The position numbers and the translations under genes are program-made. A stretch of 63,989 bases of DNA, the filler included, from Sphaeroforma arctica JP610 (Eukaryota), in the NCBI RefSeq assembly GCF_001186125.1. It is 4 parts of 2 records of this genome, joined end to end, with 100 filler letters (N's around TTAATTAATTAA, not from the genome) between each part and the next. Parts side by side here need not be neighbours in the genome. Positions count along the whole stretch, not along the records: positions 16,783 to 44,995 come from NW_014040550.1; positions 45,096 to 59,728 come from NW_014040550.1; 2 more parts are not named here. One strand, 5' to 3'. The notes under the pieces are model-generated. The model was not told the DNA's origin and searched no databases. It worked only from the letters and a program-made list of their open reading frames with translations. How positions within the stretch are numbered: the first letter of the stretch is position 1; every line of letters starts with the position of its first letter. Below, piece by piece: positions 39,095-50,519 of this stretch.

Positions 39095-40390
39095 ACATCG
39101 GGTTGGCATTGAATTTGGCTCTGAGTCAAATGCAAAATACGATTTTGCCACTCTATGTCATTAATAGAGTCTATTATCGTTGTTTTGTATGTATATCGAG
39201 GTCAAATGTGCCTTTGAGACGTTCTGGAATCTGAACAACTCTTTTGTGATTTTTTTTAAAAACCCGCGAGTTGAAAAAAAATGAATTGTTGGTCCATACA
39301 GGCCGAAAAGTTGTTCAAATTTGCCACATTTTGCTCTATTTTATCCGCCATTTATAGGCCTATTTTTCATAGTTTGTTTATAAAATTTAGAAGGCTATGT
39401 GCAGTCAGACCTGGTTAATAGTCACCTGGTTAATTAGTCGACCTGGATACTAGTCCTGAAAATTTCAGACATGGCCATTTTTTTCCCTTATGTTTCAAAT
39501 TTTGACGAGCTAAGCAGTGCAAAGGATAGACTATAGAGTGACACTGATCGTATGCACAAATGCTTCGGGAAGTGATAAAGTCCCTTTAGCGGTCATAGGC
39601 GCATACAAAAATCCCAGAAGTTTAAAAGGAGTGGACCCACCATTACCATACATAGACCAAAAAAGCTCATGGAATGATTCTACAATTCAAGAGTGGTGCT
39701 TCACTTAAGTATTCCTCAAACACGTACGTAAGCGAACAAAAGAACCAACTTGCCTCGTGATGGATAATTTTGGTGCATATATAGAGGAAGAAAGGTATGG
39801 GGTACATTTTGTACTCTTGCCTAAGAACAGTACAGCGGCATATCAGCCTATAGATGCAGGAGTTATATATGCCATCAAGACAGGTTATCACAACATTTGT
39901 GGGAGATAATGGTTGAGCTTATATCAGATAGAGAGAGGTTAGCGCCGAGAACGCGATAGGCCCATAATGGAAGCAAAGACTCAGACAGTAATGACATACT
40001 TCTTCACCGAAGGAAGGCGATGATACAATCATTGAGACATAATAGGAAATAAAACCAGCAAGTATACACACTATGGGATGATTTACAGTCAAACTGAGCC
40101 ATGACCTCTCGACCAATCACAAGTCACAAGGCTAGTCTTTTGGATACTAGTCCGGAAAACGGAATTGGTCTAACAACCAGGTCTGAATGGATGTGTTTTG
40201 ACTTTTGACTGTTTTCGGCCTCCAAAAACAATATTTTTGAAATACTTCACCGATTGTGTCAATTTCATCTTGTGTCCAGATTCCAGAACGTGCCAAAGCC
40301 ACATTTCACCCGATGAACGCATCGAGAACAGTGGTCAAATTTTTGGTTTGAGTTGTTTTTGATCCAGACAAATTCCATACAAACCGGGTG
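39095..40390. repeat. Degenerate long inverted repeat (foldback) flanking the pogo remnant
   Basis: 39195-39240 atcgaggtcaaatgtgcctttgagacgttctggaatctg pairs with 40268-40315; weaker matches 39099-39130 vs 40355-40388 and ggccgaaaa vs ttttcggcc. Confidence 0.65.
39402..40189 (+). mobile_element. Internally deleted pogo/Tigger (DDE_1) DNA transposon
   Basis: TIRs CAGTCAGACCTGGTT...AACCAGGTCTGAATG. Frame 39517-39909 reads RVTLIVCTNASGSDKVPLAVIG..KNPR..QKSSW..*..LVMDNF..LLPKNSTAAYQPIDAGVI with an internal stop. Confidence 0.85.
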
Positions 40391-40954
40391 AACTTTCCAT
40401 CGATTTTCAATTTATTAATATCGCTTCTAAATAATTCTAGCGCCGTTCTCCCCAATATGTCAATATTCAAATATCACTCTTTTTATATAATTGCGGAAGT
40501 ACCTTCACTGTCTTGGAACTTTGGAAGTTTCTGAGTGTAAAAAAATATACCATGTCCGAAATATGAGTTATGACCGAATTGGCTTGACAATTGACACTTG
40601 ACATTATAACCTAAAATAGAACAGAGGCTAGGCTTAAAAATTCGTTCTCTATTTCTGCGCACATGCTACTAGCGTTCTATAAAGTACATACATAATACAT
40701 ACATTTACTGCGCACATAGATGACATAATAGTTTGCTTCTTATATATTGTTGTCATACCTACCCCTCTAATTTGAAAGGCTAAGATATTTATATATACAT
40801 CTTGATTGCTGTGCGCTGAAAATAATTCATCCGATTCTATACATATCTTAGTGTTGTACACAATAGGATTCTGCTATTCTTGTGTGTGTTGTGTGAAGGT
40901 GGCGAGTAATCTTCCAGCTACGGTCTACAGATGTTAATTTGAGAACTAGTTTGG

Positions 40955-40985
<31 letters not shown>

Positions 40986-41584
40986 ATATATATATANNNN
41001 NNNNNNNNNNNNNNNNTATTTTAAAACTTGTATATATATATATATATATATGCATATATATGATATATTATATATATACATTCATACATATATATATATA
41101 TATATTAATTTATAATATATATATATATGCATATATTTATATGTATATGTATACATATATGTATGTATATATATATATATATGCTATTTATATATATATA
41201 TATATACATATATGTATATGTATAAATATTTTATTTATATATATTATATTATAATCTATATATATATATATATATACTTTATTTTTTATTTTTTTATCAT
41301 ATATATATTGTTATACTATTATATTATTATATACTAATGTATTTATTTATTTTATCTGTATATATCTATATATATATATATGTATGTATGAATGTATGTA
41401 TACATACATACATATATACATAGATATATCTATATATGTATGTATGTATATAAATATATCTATAAACCATATTATGTTCCTGGGTAATTAACAGAAGGGT
41501 GCCAAAGTGGGGCAAATGCCAGATGTGAGCACAACAGCTGGCTGTCAAGACAAAGTTGGGTCTGTACATTGGTCATAGTCATTA

Positions 41585-41765
41585 GGTTGGCCTAAAAGTT
41601 TGGCATACGGCTCAGGTTGGTCTAAAAGTGTAGCATACGACTCAGGTTGGTGTAAAAGTTGGGTTTCACGACAGGGGTGAGGTTAAAAGCTTGTTTTAGA
41701 TTCAGCTGGGCGAAACGGTTGGTATAGTTACAATGGTGGGTCTAAAGGTTGGGCATATCTAGGCC
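41585..41765. repeat. Degenerate ~30-bp tandem repeat
   Basis: aggttgg(cc/tc/tg)taaaagt..ggcatacg.ctc repeated 3 times clearly, then decaying. Confidence 0.7.
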
Positions 41766-41868
41766 AGAAGTTGTCATAGCATAGAAGTCTGTCACACAGC
41801 GACCAGAAGTTCAAACAGACATTATGCATGATGGAAAGAGATGAAATAGTAAATACTCAAGTCTCAAT

Positions 41869-42194
41869 CTAACCTCACTACGTGTCACGTTAAAACGCAA
41901 AAAAAAAGTGTTTACGTTCAAAGTTTATCCTAAATAAATATAGTCCTATGTAAAATAGGTATTTATTTGAGGCGGCATAACTGCCACGAATTGTCCTACT
42001 CTTCCCTTTGTGTCAGTTGTGAACAGTTTCAAATCACCTTTTCATTCAAAAAAAGGTCAATTTCTCAGGTGCAAATTTGGAAAATTTTCATGGTCGATTT
42101 GCCCACGATATACTTTTCAAAAACGCTTGAAAAGCAAAACTTTTTTCGTTTACGTTGAGAGTTTATTACATACAGGCAAACGTATTGAGCTTAA
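41869..42194 (+). mobile_element. MITE, CTAACCTCA family, 8-bp TSD
   Basis: CTAACCTCActacg...cgtatTGAGcTTAa termini; perfect TSD GTCTCAAT at 41861-41868 and 42195-42202. Confidence 0.85.
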
Positions 42195-42502
42195 GTCTCA
42201 ATGCGTATGCAAAATAAAAAAGAGTCCGAAGCACGACTCCATTAAAATGAGTATAGAGTAGAAGAACTCCGGAGCCAAGGAACAGATTTGTTTTGTATTT
42301 AGTAATTTTATAGACAAATAGTCGCAACTTTAAAAACTTGCAGTCTCTAGTCTCTACAACCACAAGAGAGACACAACAGTCATGACCCGTGAGTCATCAC
42401 AATCACACTTTTCCAGACTCAAAATTTTGGATTTTTGTGGTTCTTCTTTTTTTTCTGTAAAGAAGCAAAAAAAAACAAATTGTTTTTTTTTTGTAAACAA
42501 AG

Positions 42503-43139
42503 AATAAGGTCCCTCGAATTTCCCAAAGTTCGGTCCTTATTCTCCAAATCTAAAAATCGGCCCAAAAAAATGATATTCACGGTTTTGGCGCCAAAAAAAT
42601 TAAAAATTTCCAAATTCGGTAGTAGTAGCTTTATTCTCAGGTTTACGATATAAGCAGTCTTTAGTCCTCTTCATCCTTGTGTTCCTTATGTTCTTAGTGA
42701 AAGTCTGAACTCTAACGCTGGACGTGGACTGCTTTTATAGTCCGCCGGGATATATCTTTATGTATTCCCGAACGAACTTGTACTACTAACATCCTAGGCT
42801 ATTAACTATAACTATAACACTCGTAGTGAGAGGGAAAGGCACGGGCCTAGAAAACCCTCTGCTACGATGTTCTCGAACTTTCTCATGGCGTCATCGTCTA
42901 TGTATATTCGTAGACACTTTGCTCTGTTCGTGAATATACATAGACAAGTTTAGTATGACCTATGTAGAATGGCACTCAAAAATCATCAGAGCCTGGATAT
43001 ATACGATTAACCCTGGCTTGGGCCCTGAAATAAAACCCCAATATTAATTTCCGGAATCATGGCTCATCATTCGGGACCCACCAAAATTCAGGGTACCGAA
43101 GAGTCTCGAAATTTCATTAGGATTACCGAAACTCCTACA
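42503..43139 (-). repeat. 3' LTR (~637 bp)
   Basis: Direct repeat of 46185-46816. Minus-strand TATAAAA near 42735 and AATAAA near 42632; G-rich GGCGGGCG tract immediately upstream on minus. Confidence 0.92.
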
Positions 43140-44357
43140 CGCCCGCCAGCCTAAGGGTGTGCCGGTGCTAAGCGCTTCTGGCGTCCATTGTTCTCACCAT
43201 TGACGAACTGACGGGATCCCCTTAATTTATAACTTAAACCGGTCCCAGGACTGAAATTTCTTCATAAAGTCCTCCTTAACATCTTCCGGGTCCAAATCCT
43301 TCCAAGTCTCAGGGCGATATTTCTGCAGTGTGGTCAAGAATTGCGACGAATACTTGAACCACACTTCCCCAGTCTTCGTTTGGATATATCGTTCGAGCCG
43401 TTCAGCAATAGCCTGGAATCATTCAAATATGTACAAGTACTCCTTCAAGGTAACTAGAACTTACACTGGGTCCGACCTGTCTTCTTGGCTGCCGACGGCT
43501 AGCTTGTGCTGTTCACGATGGGCTCTCACAGTCTCGACACTTCCACACAAGGATACCAACCTCGAGCGGCTCAAGCTCGGTTGCAGTAGCTGTGGCATTT
43601 GCAATACTTTTCGCTTGTGCCTTCAGCAAATTCTTGCGCGCCAAATCCAAACTTTTCCATGAAGTCCAATCTTGACCCTGCATCACTAGTTCAATTGGCG
43701 AGTATTCCAATCCCGCATGAACTGTTCGGTTATATGCAAGTATCATCTCCCATATGTCCTTCGCCGTACCAGAGGCTACACTCTTATTCAACCACAGGGA
43801 ACGACCGAAACTTCACTTACCGATTCAATGGCACCAAATTTGCACAAAAACGCCATGTGCCAGGCTCCTTCTTAGGGTCTACCAGCGGCTGCAGGTTCCA
43901 ATCCGTCTTCCGGATACACTCCTCAATGACGTGTTCCTTAAGCATACATTGAACCTCAGTCCTGATGGCCTTTCGCTTCTGGGGATTCGTTTCCTCATAG
44001 TATATGTAAACCGGGCTAGCACAATCTTGTAATAAGATCTCATTCTCAGCCCCCGTGATGGTAGACTCTTCGGCATCTACCCATGCATCCTCCTATATCA
44101 AATCTTGGACTGCCGCAGTCACTGACGCTTCTTAACTGTAGTGTCATTAGTAGATTGTATTCTTGTGCACAGACTTCAAGTGCTGTGTAGCCTTTCCTTT
44201 TTAATAAGGCTATATTGTGTTTTTCTCGCAAGCAAGGATATACACCGTTATAAATACGTTGGACCTTCTCTAATCATAGTAACTCATGGTGATCGGGTTC
44301 GTCCTTGTTAAAGGGGATTTTTAACTCACTTTATCTGCCACGAGTGGGGGCCTATAA

Positions 44358-44568
44358 AGACCACGTATGGCCACTTTCAACCCCAAGACAAGGGTAGACA
44401 AAGCGAAGATGGATCCAAGTTTTTACAACGAACAGACACTAATTGAGGGCGATATCAAAGGGTGGTTCGACAAAATCAGTCACTCCTGATTGGAAAAACA
44501 TCTACCCATGCCCGAAGGCTACGAAAACCTACTCACCGCCATGCTGAAGGCCCCGAAAATAGAGATCG
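44358..44568 (+). pseudogene. Group II intron reverse transcriptase fragment (probable organellar insertion, NUMT)
   Basis: Reads FYNEQTLIEGDIKGWFDKISHS(TGA)LEKHLPMPEGYENLLTAMLKAP, the RT domain 3 motif [ED]xDIxxxFDxIxHxWL. TGA at 44487-44489 sits at the conserved Trp. Confidence 0.8.
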
Positions 44569-46184
44569 GGTGTAGTTCCTGTAACCGATTCAGCACACTC
44601 GTTCATCTGTGTTTGTACCCACTTAAGGTGGTACGGCCAATCATCTACATCGTCCGTTAATTCAGTACGCAAGAAGAACTTAAGTCTTCTATGGCGCGTT
44701 TCATTCGCGCCTTGCGTTTGCGGCTTATATGGCACACTTCTCTTATGGCATATGCCTGATACGAGTACTAGCGATTCCATAACGGCATCGCAGAACTCGC
44801 TACCGTTATCAGTGCACATAATACCCGGCCACCCGTGGTCAGCAAAGACTTGGCAGCAAAATTATGCCACGGTCTGCGTATTCTTATCCTTTAATGGATA
44901 CAGCACGTTAAACCGTGACACCACATCAAAGAAGTGGCATACGTAAAGGTCGCCTGTGTGCTCGGACGTTGGCAGGTCAACCATATCAATGATGANNNNN
45001 NNNNNNNNNNNNNNNNNNNNNNNNNNNNNNNNNNNNNNNTTAATTAATTAANNNNNNNNNNNNNNNNNNNNNNNNNNNNNNNNNNNNNNNNNNNNAATTT
45101 CCATCGAAGTTTACACGAATACGTATATATTCACATTGCTCGACTACCGCACCGACGGCTATCTCTGCCCTGTCTGCCCCGGTAGCCACAAGTTCATTAC
45201 CAGCCACTTTACCTGCATCCAACAACTGATTCGACGTATCCTGGTAGCCCCGAAACTGCCGCCCATTGGCCCTGACCTCTTTCAGCAATTACAGGAGTGC
45301 CACGACTTCCACGGTATCTGAACCCTTCACGAACACCTTGAATCTTTTCTTCAGCATGTTGAAGAACCACCGTACCCTCACCCGTCCCTGACACATCAAC
45401 AGATGTTCCCCATACCCCGGCTAATCACGCTGTTGAAGTTGATTCCGACTATGATACTTCCGATCCAGGCCAGCCAACACATACCGAATTCATCCGTGGT
45501 CTGGTGCGGCATTGGCTTACCCCCATCATCGCTTCTCGACCGGATAATGACGGTTAACCTGGTCCTTCTCGGTATTTCGTACTCTGCACTAACCCATTCC
45601 GCGGCACTACACGGCGCAGACCCGATCCGTACCACAGAGGTGGGTACTCTACTTAGTAGGTCAGCAAGTAAATATATGGAACATTCGATAGTAACGGTGT
45701 TTTGTCAACACCGGCCCGAATTGACTCAGCACATATCTTCCATTGTCGACTCACTTGGCGCTAGCTTCAAACGGGAATTTACTGACCACTTCTTCCCATC
45801 AATCTTTCCTGAACCACTACAGCGACTATGAGGCCTAACGATTTCTGTATCTGTTGCTGTAGCTCAGCAATCTGTTGTTGATATTGTGCCATGTTGGCAC
45901 CCTGCACCTGTTGCTGTACATAAGTTAGCAACTTGTTGTTGATAACGCTGCTCGATCCACTAGGATAAATCCCACGTTACTGTATCCGCATGTCTTCTGA
46001 GCCCAAGTCCTTTCAAGCCTAGTACTGTAGGACAAAGTCGTACTGCTAACGAGGCACCTGGTCCTACCAACGTTACAGCCGTTATCACACTTCCTTTTCG
46101 CTGAAAGAGAGCGCCGTCCTACGATCAACATTAATCCCCTGTTAGTCCAGACTATCCTTGAAGAGCCCCTTCAGCAGCTTATAT

Positions 46185-46816
46185 TATAAGGTCCCTCGAA
46201 TCTCCCAAAGTTCGGTCCTTATTCTCCAAATTTAAAAATCGGCCCAGAAATGATAATCACGGTTTTGGCGCCAAAAATTACAAATTTCCAAATCCGGTAG
46301 TAGTAGCTTTATTCTTAGGTTTACGATATAAACAGTCTTTAGTCCTCTTCATCCTTGTGTTCCTTATGTTCTTAGTGAAAGTCTGAACTCTAACGCTGGA
46401 CGTGGACTGCTTTTATAGTCCGCCGGGACCTATTTCTATCTATTCCCGAACGAGCTTGTACTACTAACATCCTAGGCTATTAACTATAACTATAACACTC
46501 GTAGTGAGAGGGAAAGGCACGGGCCTAGAAAACCCTCTGCTACGATGTTCTCGAACTTTCTCATGGCGTCATCGTCTATGTATATTCGTAGACACTTTGC
46601 TCTGTTCGTGAATATACATAGACAAGTTTAGTATGACCTATGTAGAATGGCACTCAAAAATCATCAGAGCCTGGATATATACGATTAACCCTGGCTTGGG
46701 CCCTGAAATAAAACCCCAATATGAATTTCCGGAATCATGACTCATCATTCGGGACCCGCCAAAATTCAGGGTCCAAAGAGTCTCGAAAATTCTTTATGAG
46801 TCCCGAAACTCCTACA
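46185..46816 (-). repeat. 5' LTR (~632 bp)
   Basis: Direct repeat of 42503-43139. Confidence 0.92.
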
Positions 46817-46924
46817 AAAGGCAACAAAACAAAATGTTTGTTGATATTAATAAATATTTACATATTAGCGAGGTCCCAGAGGTATATGAAAAATTCTATT
46901 TAATTGGCAATTAGATGCCTCAAA

Positions 46925-47125
46925 TTCTTCCTATTAACGAGTAATAAAAGTACGTTCAATCTCTTCCCGATTGGACTATTGTTTTATAAGCTATGTAAGA
47001 TTCCAGTTTGTATCAGAGCTGGGTCACTAGGCGCACATACACAAGTCCATCCATACCCAACAGACCTTTCTGGCATTCTAAATACATTTTCAATGGTCTA
47101 TGGGAGGTTATATGTGCGTGTATCG
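46925..47125 (+). repeat. Single-arm homolog of the 52.2-52.8 kb palindromic element
   Basis: tattaacgagtaataaa...aatctc.tcccgat.gg.ctatt...gggtca matches 52270-52350. Confidence 0.7.
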
Positions 47126-48568
47126 TGAGTTTGGATGTGTATTTCGGGTTTATTACTCGTCAATCTAACTACCAATAAAAGATATTTTAAATAAAATACA
47201 CCACTTGGCACTGGGTCAAGTTCTATAGTGAAAACTGAAAATCCCTGGATTCCTCCGTCCAATATTTGATGTTGTCTGGCTGTCTGCTCCTATGTAAATA
47301 TATTCTACGGATATCTTTGTTGCGTGTGCAAATTCAAATTGTAAACAAAATTACAAAACTAAAAATGAAGTCAATTTGTTGTCCTTTTTCTAAATATTTT
47401 TAAAAACCAAAACAAAATGGTATTTGTTTTTAAAAACAAATATGCAGTGAATGTACATTTATAAATATACATACGTTTTTGACCGAAATTGTTTTTGTGT
47501 TTTTACTAAAATTGGGGGTTTTTTTAAACACAAACAAACAAATGTTACAAAAAACAAATAAATATATTATTTAAAAAAAAACAAAACTATCAAAAGACAA
47601 TTTTTGTTCTGTGCTCTGGATACATTTGCTACAAAGTCAAGGAAAAGTTTGGAGTAAGCTCTATTACTCAAACTGAAAACCCTTTATAATTTGTTTAGTA
47701 AACTAGATGTTAACCTTAGAACACTTGCTTTCTTACATCTACTTTCAATCCTATTTATACACTTTCTACCTTTTCCCAATCCTCGGAATTATTGTCTTGC
47801 TTCTTCTTCAAAGAGAATTATACTCAATCAAAACCCATATAATTCCTTGGCTAATAGTATTTACTGCATCCTCTACAACGGTTTTAACCAGTAGAAATAC
47901 TAGTTCATTTCTCACCAATAAAAGACTCTCATTTGTGAACCAGCTACTCCGGGAGTACTGAACACTCAGTGGCTGTCATGGTTGACAATGCCTTTCTGAA
48001 ATATTCGTCATCCCGTTTTGACAGCTGCCATTCGGTTTATTGCTCCTCCGAAAAACCATAGGTTTAAAACCTGTCTGACATCATGAACATAACATTTTTT
48101 TCTTTTTTCTTTTGATAACAGAGACAAATATTTATGAATTTTGTTTTCAAAAATTCAGGCCGGCAAAACTATTACTTTTTTAGTACAAAGGCTCCTGTGT
48201 TCTGGTGTGCAAACAAACTTTGTTTTGGGGAGGATTTTGTTTGTTTATTTTGTTTTCCAGTTTCCTAAATACATATTTAAAAATATCACTCTTCAGAACA
48301 GTCACAACTCATAACTAACGTCAAAACGAAAACGTCAAAAAGACTTTTTTTTATTAAATATATATGATATTTAGAAATACCTTATCAACTGATATAGAAT
48401 AAAGAATTCTAAATTCGGATTTCAGACAATCAGGAGCAGATACACACAGATTGGTATTTTTTTAACATTCCTTCAACCAGAGGGCAGTTGACAGCAGTGG
48501 CCAACAGCCAAACGCAGGTGACTGAGGTGAGCCTCTGGCCCTCTGCCCTCTCTCGGGTGAGGTAACAC

Positions 48569-48937
48569 CTAACCTCAAAAGTTATGGGGTCACTGTATAA
48601 ACGTTAAAATATTTAACTGTTACTTTTTGGAATGTAAAAGTTATAACTTTGGGATAAAATAATATATATGATTTATATATTTGCACTTGAAAAGGCGTCC
48701 TATAGATTTAAAACTTTGGGCCTAAAATGAATTTTAGCCGATCAGAAATGTTCAATCTGACACTTGGTACTTGGCATTTGGTAGTTGGGACCTAAAATCA
48801 GGACAAAATTTATATACTCGTGACCTGAATATTGCACTTACAGAATTTGAGAAGGGCTTACAGCGGTATAAAAGGTGTCCTTTAACGTAAAAAACATACA
48901 AAAATATAAGTTATAACTTTCAACTTTATGAGGTTAG
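48569..48937 (+). mobile_element. MITE, CTAACCTCA family, 8-bp TSD
   Basis: CTAACCTCAAAAGTT...AACTTTATGAGGTTAG; flanks GGTAACAC/GGTAACCC (7/8); homologous to 38345-38676. Confidence 0.88.
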
Positions 48938-48954
48938 GGTAACCCTGTGAAACA

Positions 48955-49235
48955 GTGAAAGGGCACAGGAACACCTTTTAAATAAATAAAAATACATAGC
49001 AAATTCATGACAAGTTGGCACATTGCCTTCTGAAAAAAAACAGTTGACAGTTTCATATTTTTATTTGCTACTTTCGATATATCGACACGGCCCTCTCTGG
49101 TGAGATAACTCTGTGAAAGGGCACAGGAACACTTTAAAAATACATAGCAAATTCATGACAAGTTGACACATAGCCTTCTGAAGAAAAAAAACAGTTGATA
49201 GTTTCATTTTGTTATTTAATTTCGATGAATCGACA
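48955..49235. repeat. ~155-bp tandem duplication
   Basis: gtgaaagggcacaggaacac...aaatacatagcaaattcatgacaagttg...cagttga.agtttcat...atcgacacg at 48955-49090 and 49113-49237. Confidence 0.85.
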
Positions 49236-50519
49236 CGCGAGTGACGTGACCGTTGACAACTTCTTGTTACTGATATTGTAAATAACACTCCTTTGTAAAA
49301 ACCCTAACCACCAGTTTCTTTCTTTAACTCGGATACTGTCCGGATTTCAAATTTTTGTGAAAAAAAAACGAATAGAAAACTGACTATAGGCCCTGAGGAC
49401 AGTTTTCCGATAGCATGAATACTTTTTAGTTTTAATAAATATTGTCCGTAGTAACATGCGTTTTCAAAGGCTATTGACAATGCTCTACTTTTCTCGCTAA
49501 CAGTCCAAGATGGATGTATATATACGTGTGCATTACTGCCAGCGCTCCTTTGTCTGGACCGTAACATAGAATGATCTGGATTCTGTAAACTATCCCTGTA
49601 GATTTTGTTCTATATTTCTCTTGCATCAGTTACTGCATGTTGATGCTGTTTTCGTGAATTGAGGTACGTATCGTTTTCCTCTATCATGGAAGTGTTTTGT
49701 TCTTCTTGTTTTGTTTAAAGTGTTCCTGATGGATATTTTTATCACATATATAAAGTGTCTTAGCATAATCGGTCACTAATTGCTATGCTTTGGTGGTGTT
49801 GACCATCGACCTAGCCGCATCAAAAACTTTTTGACTTGGTCCTTTTTCCTTTTCGGAACACCCAGCCCCGGGTTGTCTGCGCATATGTATATCAACTGTG
49901 CAGTAGTTTGCGCAACACTTCGTCATTATGGGGTCTGAGCTAAGAACATAGTCCATACTTATTCGGACTCAGAAGTACTTTGGCTTGCTGCACAACTCGC
50001 ACAGCGTGCATAAAGAAGTTATGATTGCTGGTCAGAAATTGATTAGAAAAGGTTTTGAAATTTTGTTCTCAAAATAGGTATTTTTCAAAAAATCTCAAAC
50101 TCAGATTGGATACATACATAATTTTAAACTTTTTAACCTTTTTTCTGATGGATGATTTCCTAAAATAAATTTTAAATTTTAGAGCCAATGAATTTACAGA
50201 TATATGTTTTGGAATTGGAATTTTCAATGGTATTGAATTTTTAAATACTGAGTTTGGCTTTACTTTCTGAACGTTTTAAAAATAGAACACAAAAGTTTCT
50301 TTTTCAGTAGGCTATGTAAATAGTAGATATCCACAAAGCCCTTTCAGGAATTGTTCAGGCTGTCGGGAGTGTCGGCTCAGGCTGTCGGTCATGCTGTCAG
50401 CTTCCCGTCTTCCCCCCAAACCCTTACAACCCACATATGTACTCTATTAATAATGTTTTGTTTTTTTTTAAATCGTCCCATAACTGACAGACTGTGTGTG
50501 TGTCAGAGAGTGTGGAATT

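Larger units (their letters stand above)
42503..46816 (-). mobile_element. Decayed, rearranged Gypsy-like LTR retrotransposon with two LTRs and 4-bp TSD
   Basis: Direct repeats 42503-43139 and 46185-46816 ending CCTACA (TGTAGG on minus); AAAG on both flanks. Minus-strand rve integrase (IDMVD..TDNGSEF..PQTQGANE, ~44560-44990), RT N-terminus (EVQCMLKEHVIE..PKKEPGTWRFCANLVPLN, ~43790-44100), integrase C-terminus (AYNRTVH..SPIEL, 43513-43790), Q-rich gag-like region near 45850. Confidence 0.88.

Noticed and set aside
42803..42830. taactataactataac in the LTR resembling the LSU rRNA I-CeuI/R2 target region
   Set aside because: Match limited to about 10 bp; flanks are not rRNA-like.
46160..46184. 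Primer binding site next to the 5' LTR
   Set aside because: No TGG-initiated tRNA-complementary sequence recognisable, so not called.
47690..48090. Possible decayed transposase fragment on minus strand (DEYFRK...STG)
   Set aside because: Multiple stops in all frames and only a weak Mutator-like resemblance.
49690..49930. Possible THAP-like remnant on minus strand (MTKCCANYC...YICDKNIHQEHF)
   Set aside because: Spacing imperfect, stops and frameshifts needed; cannot be supported without a profile search.
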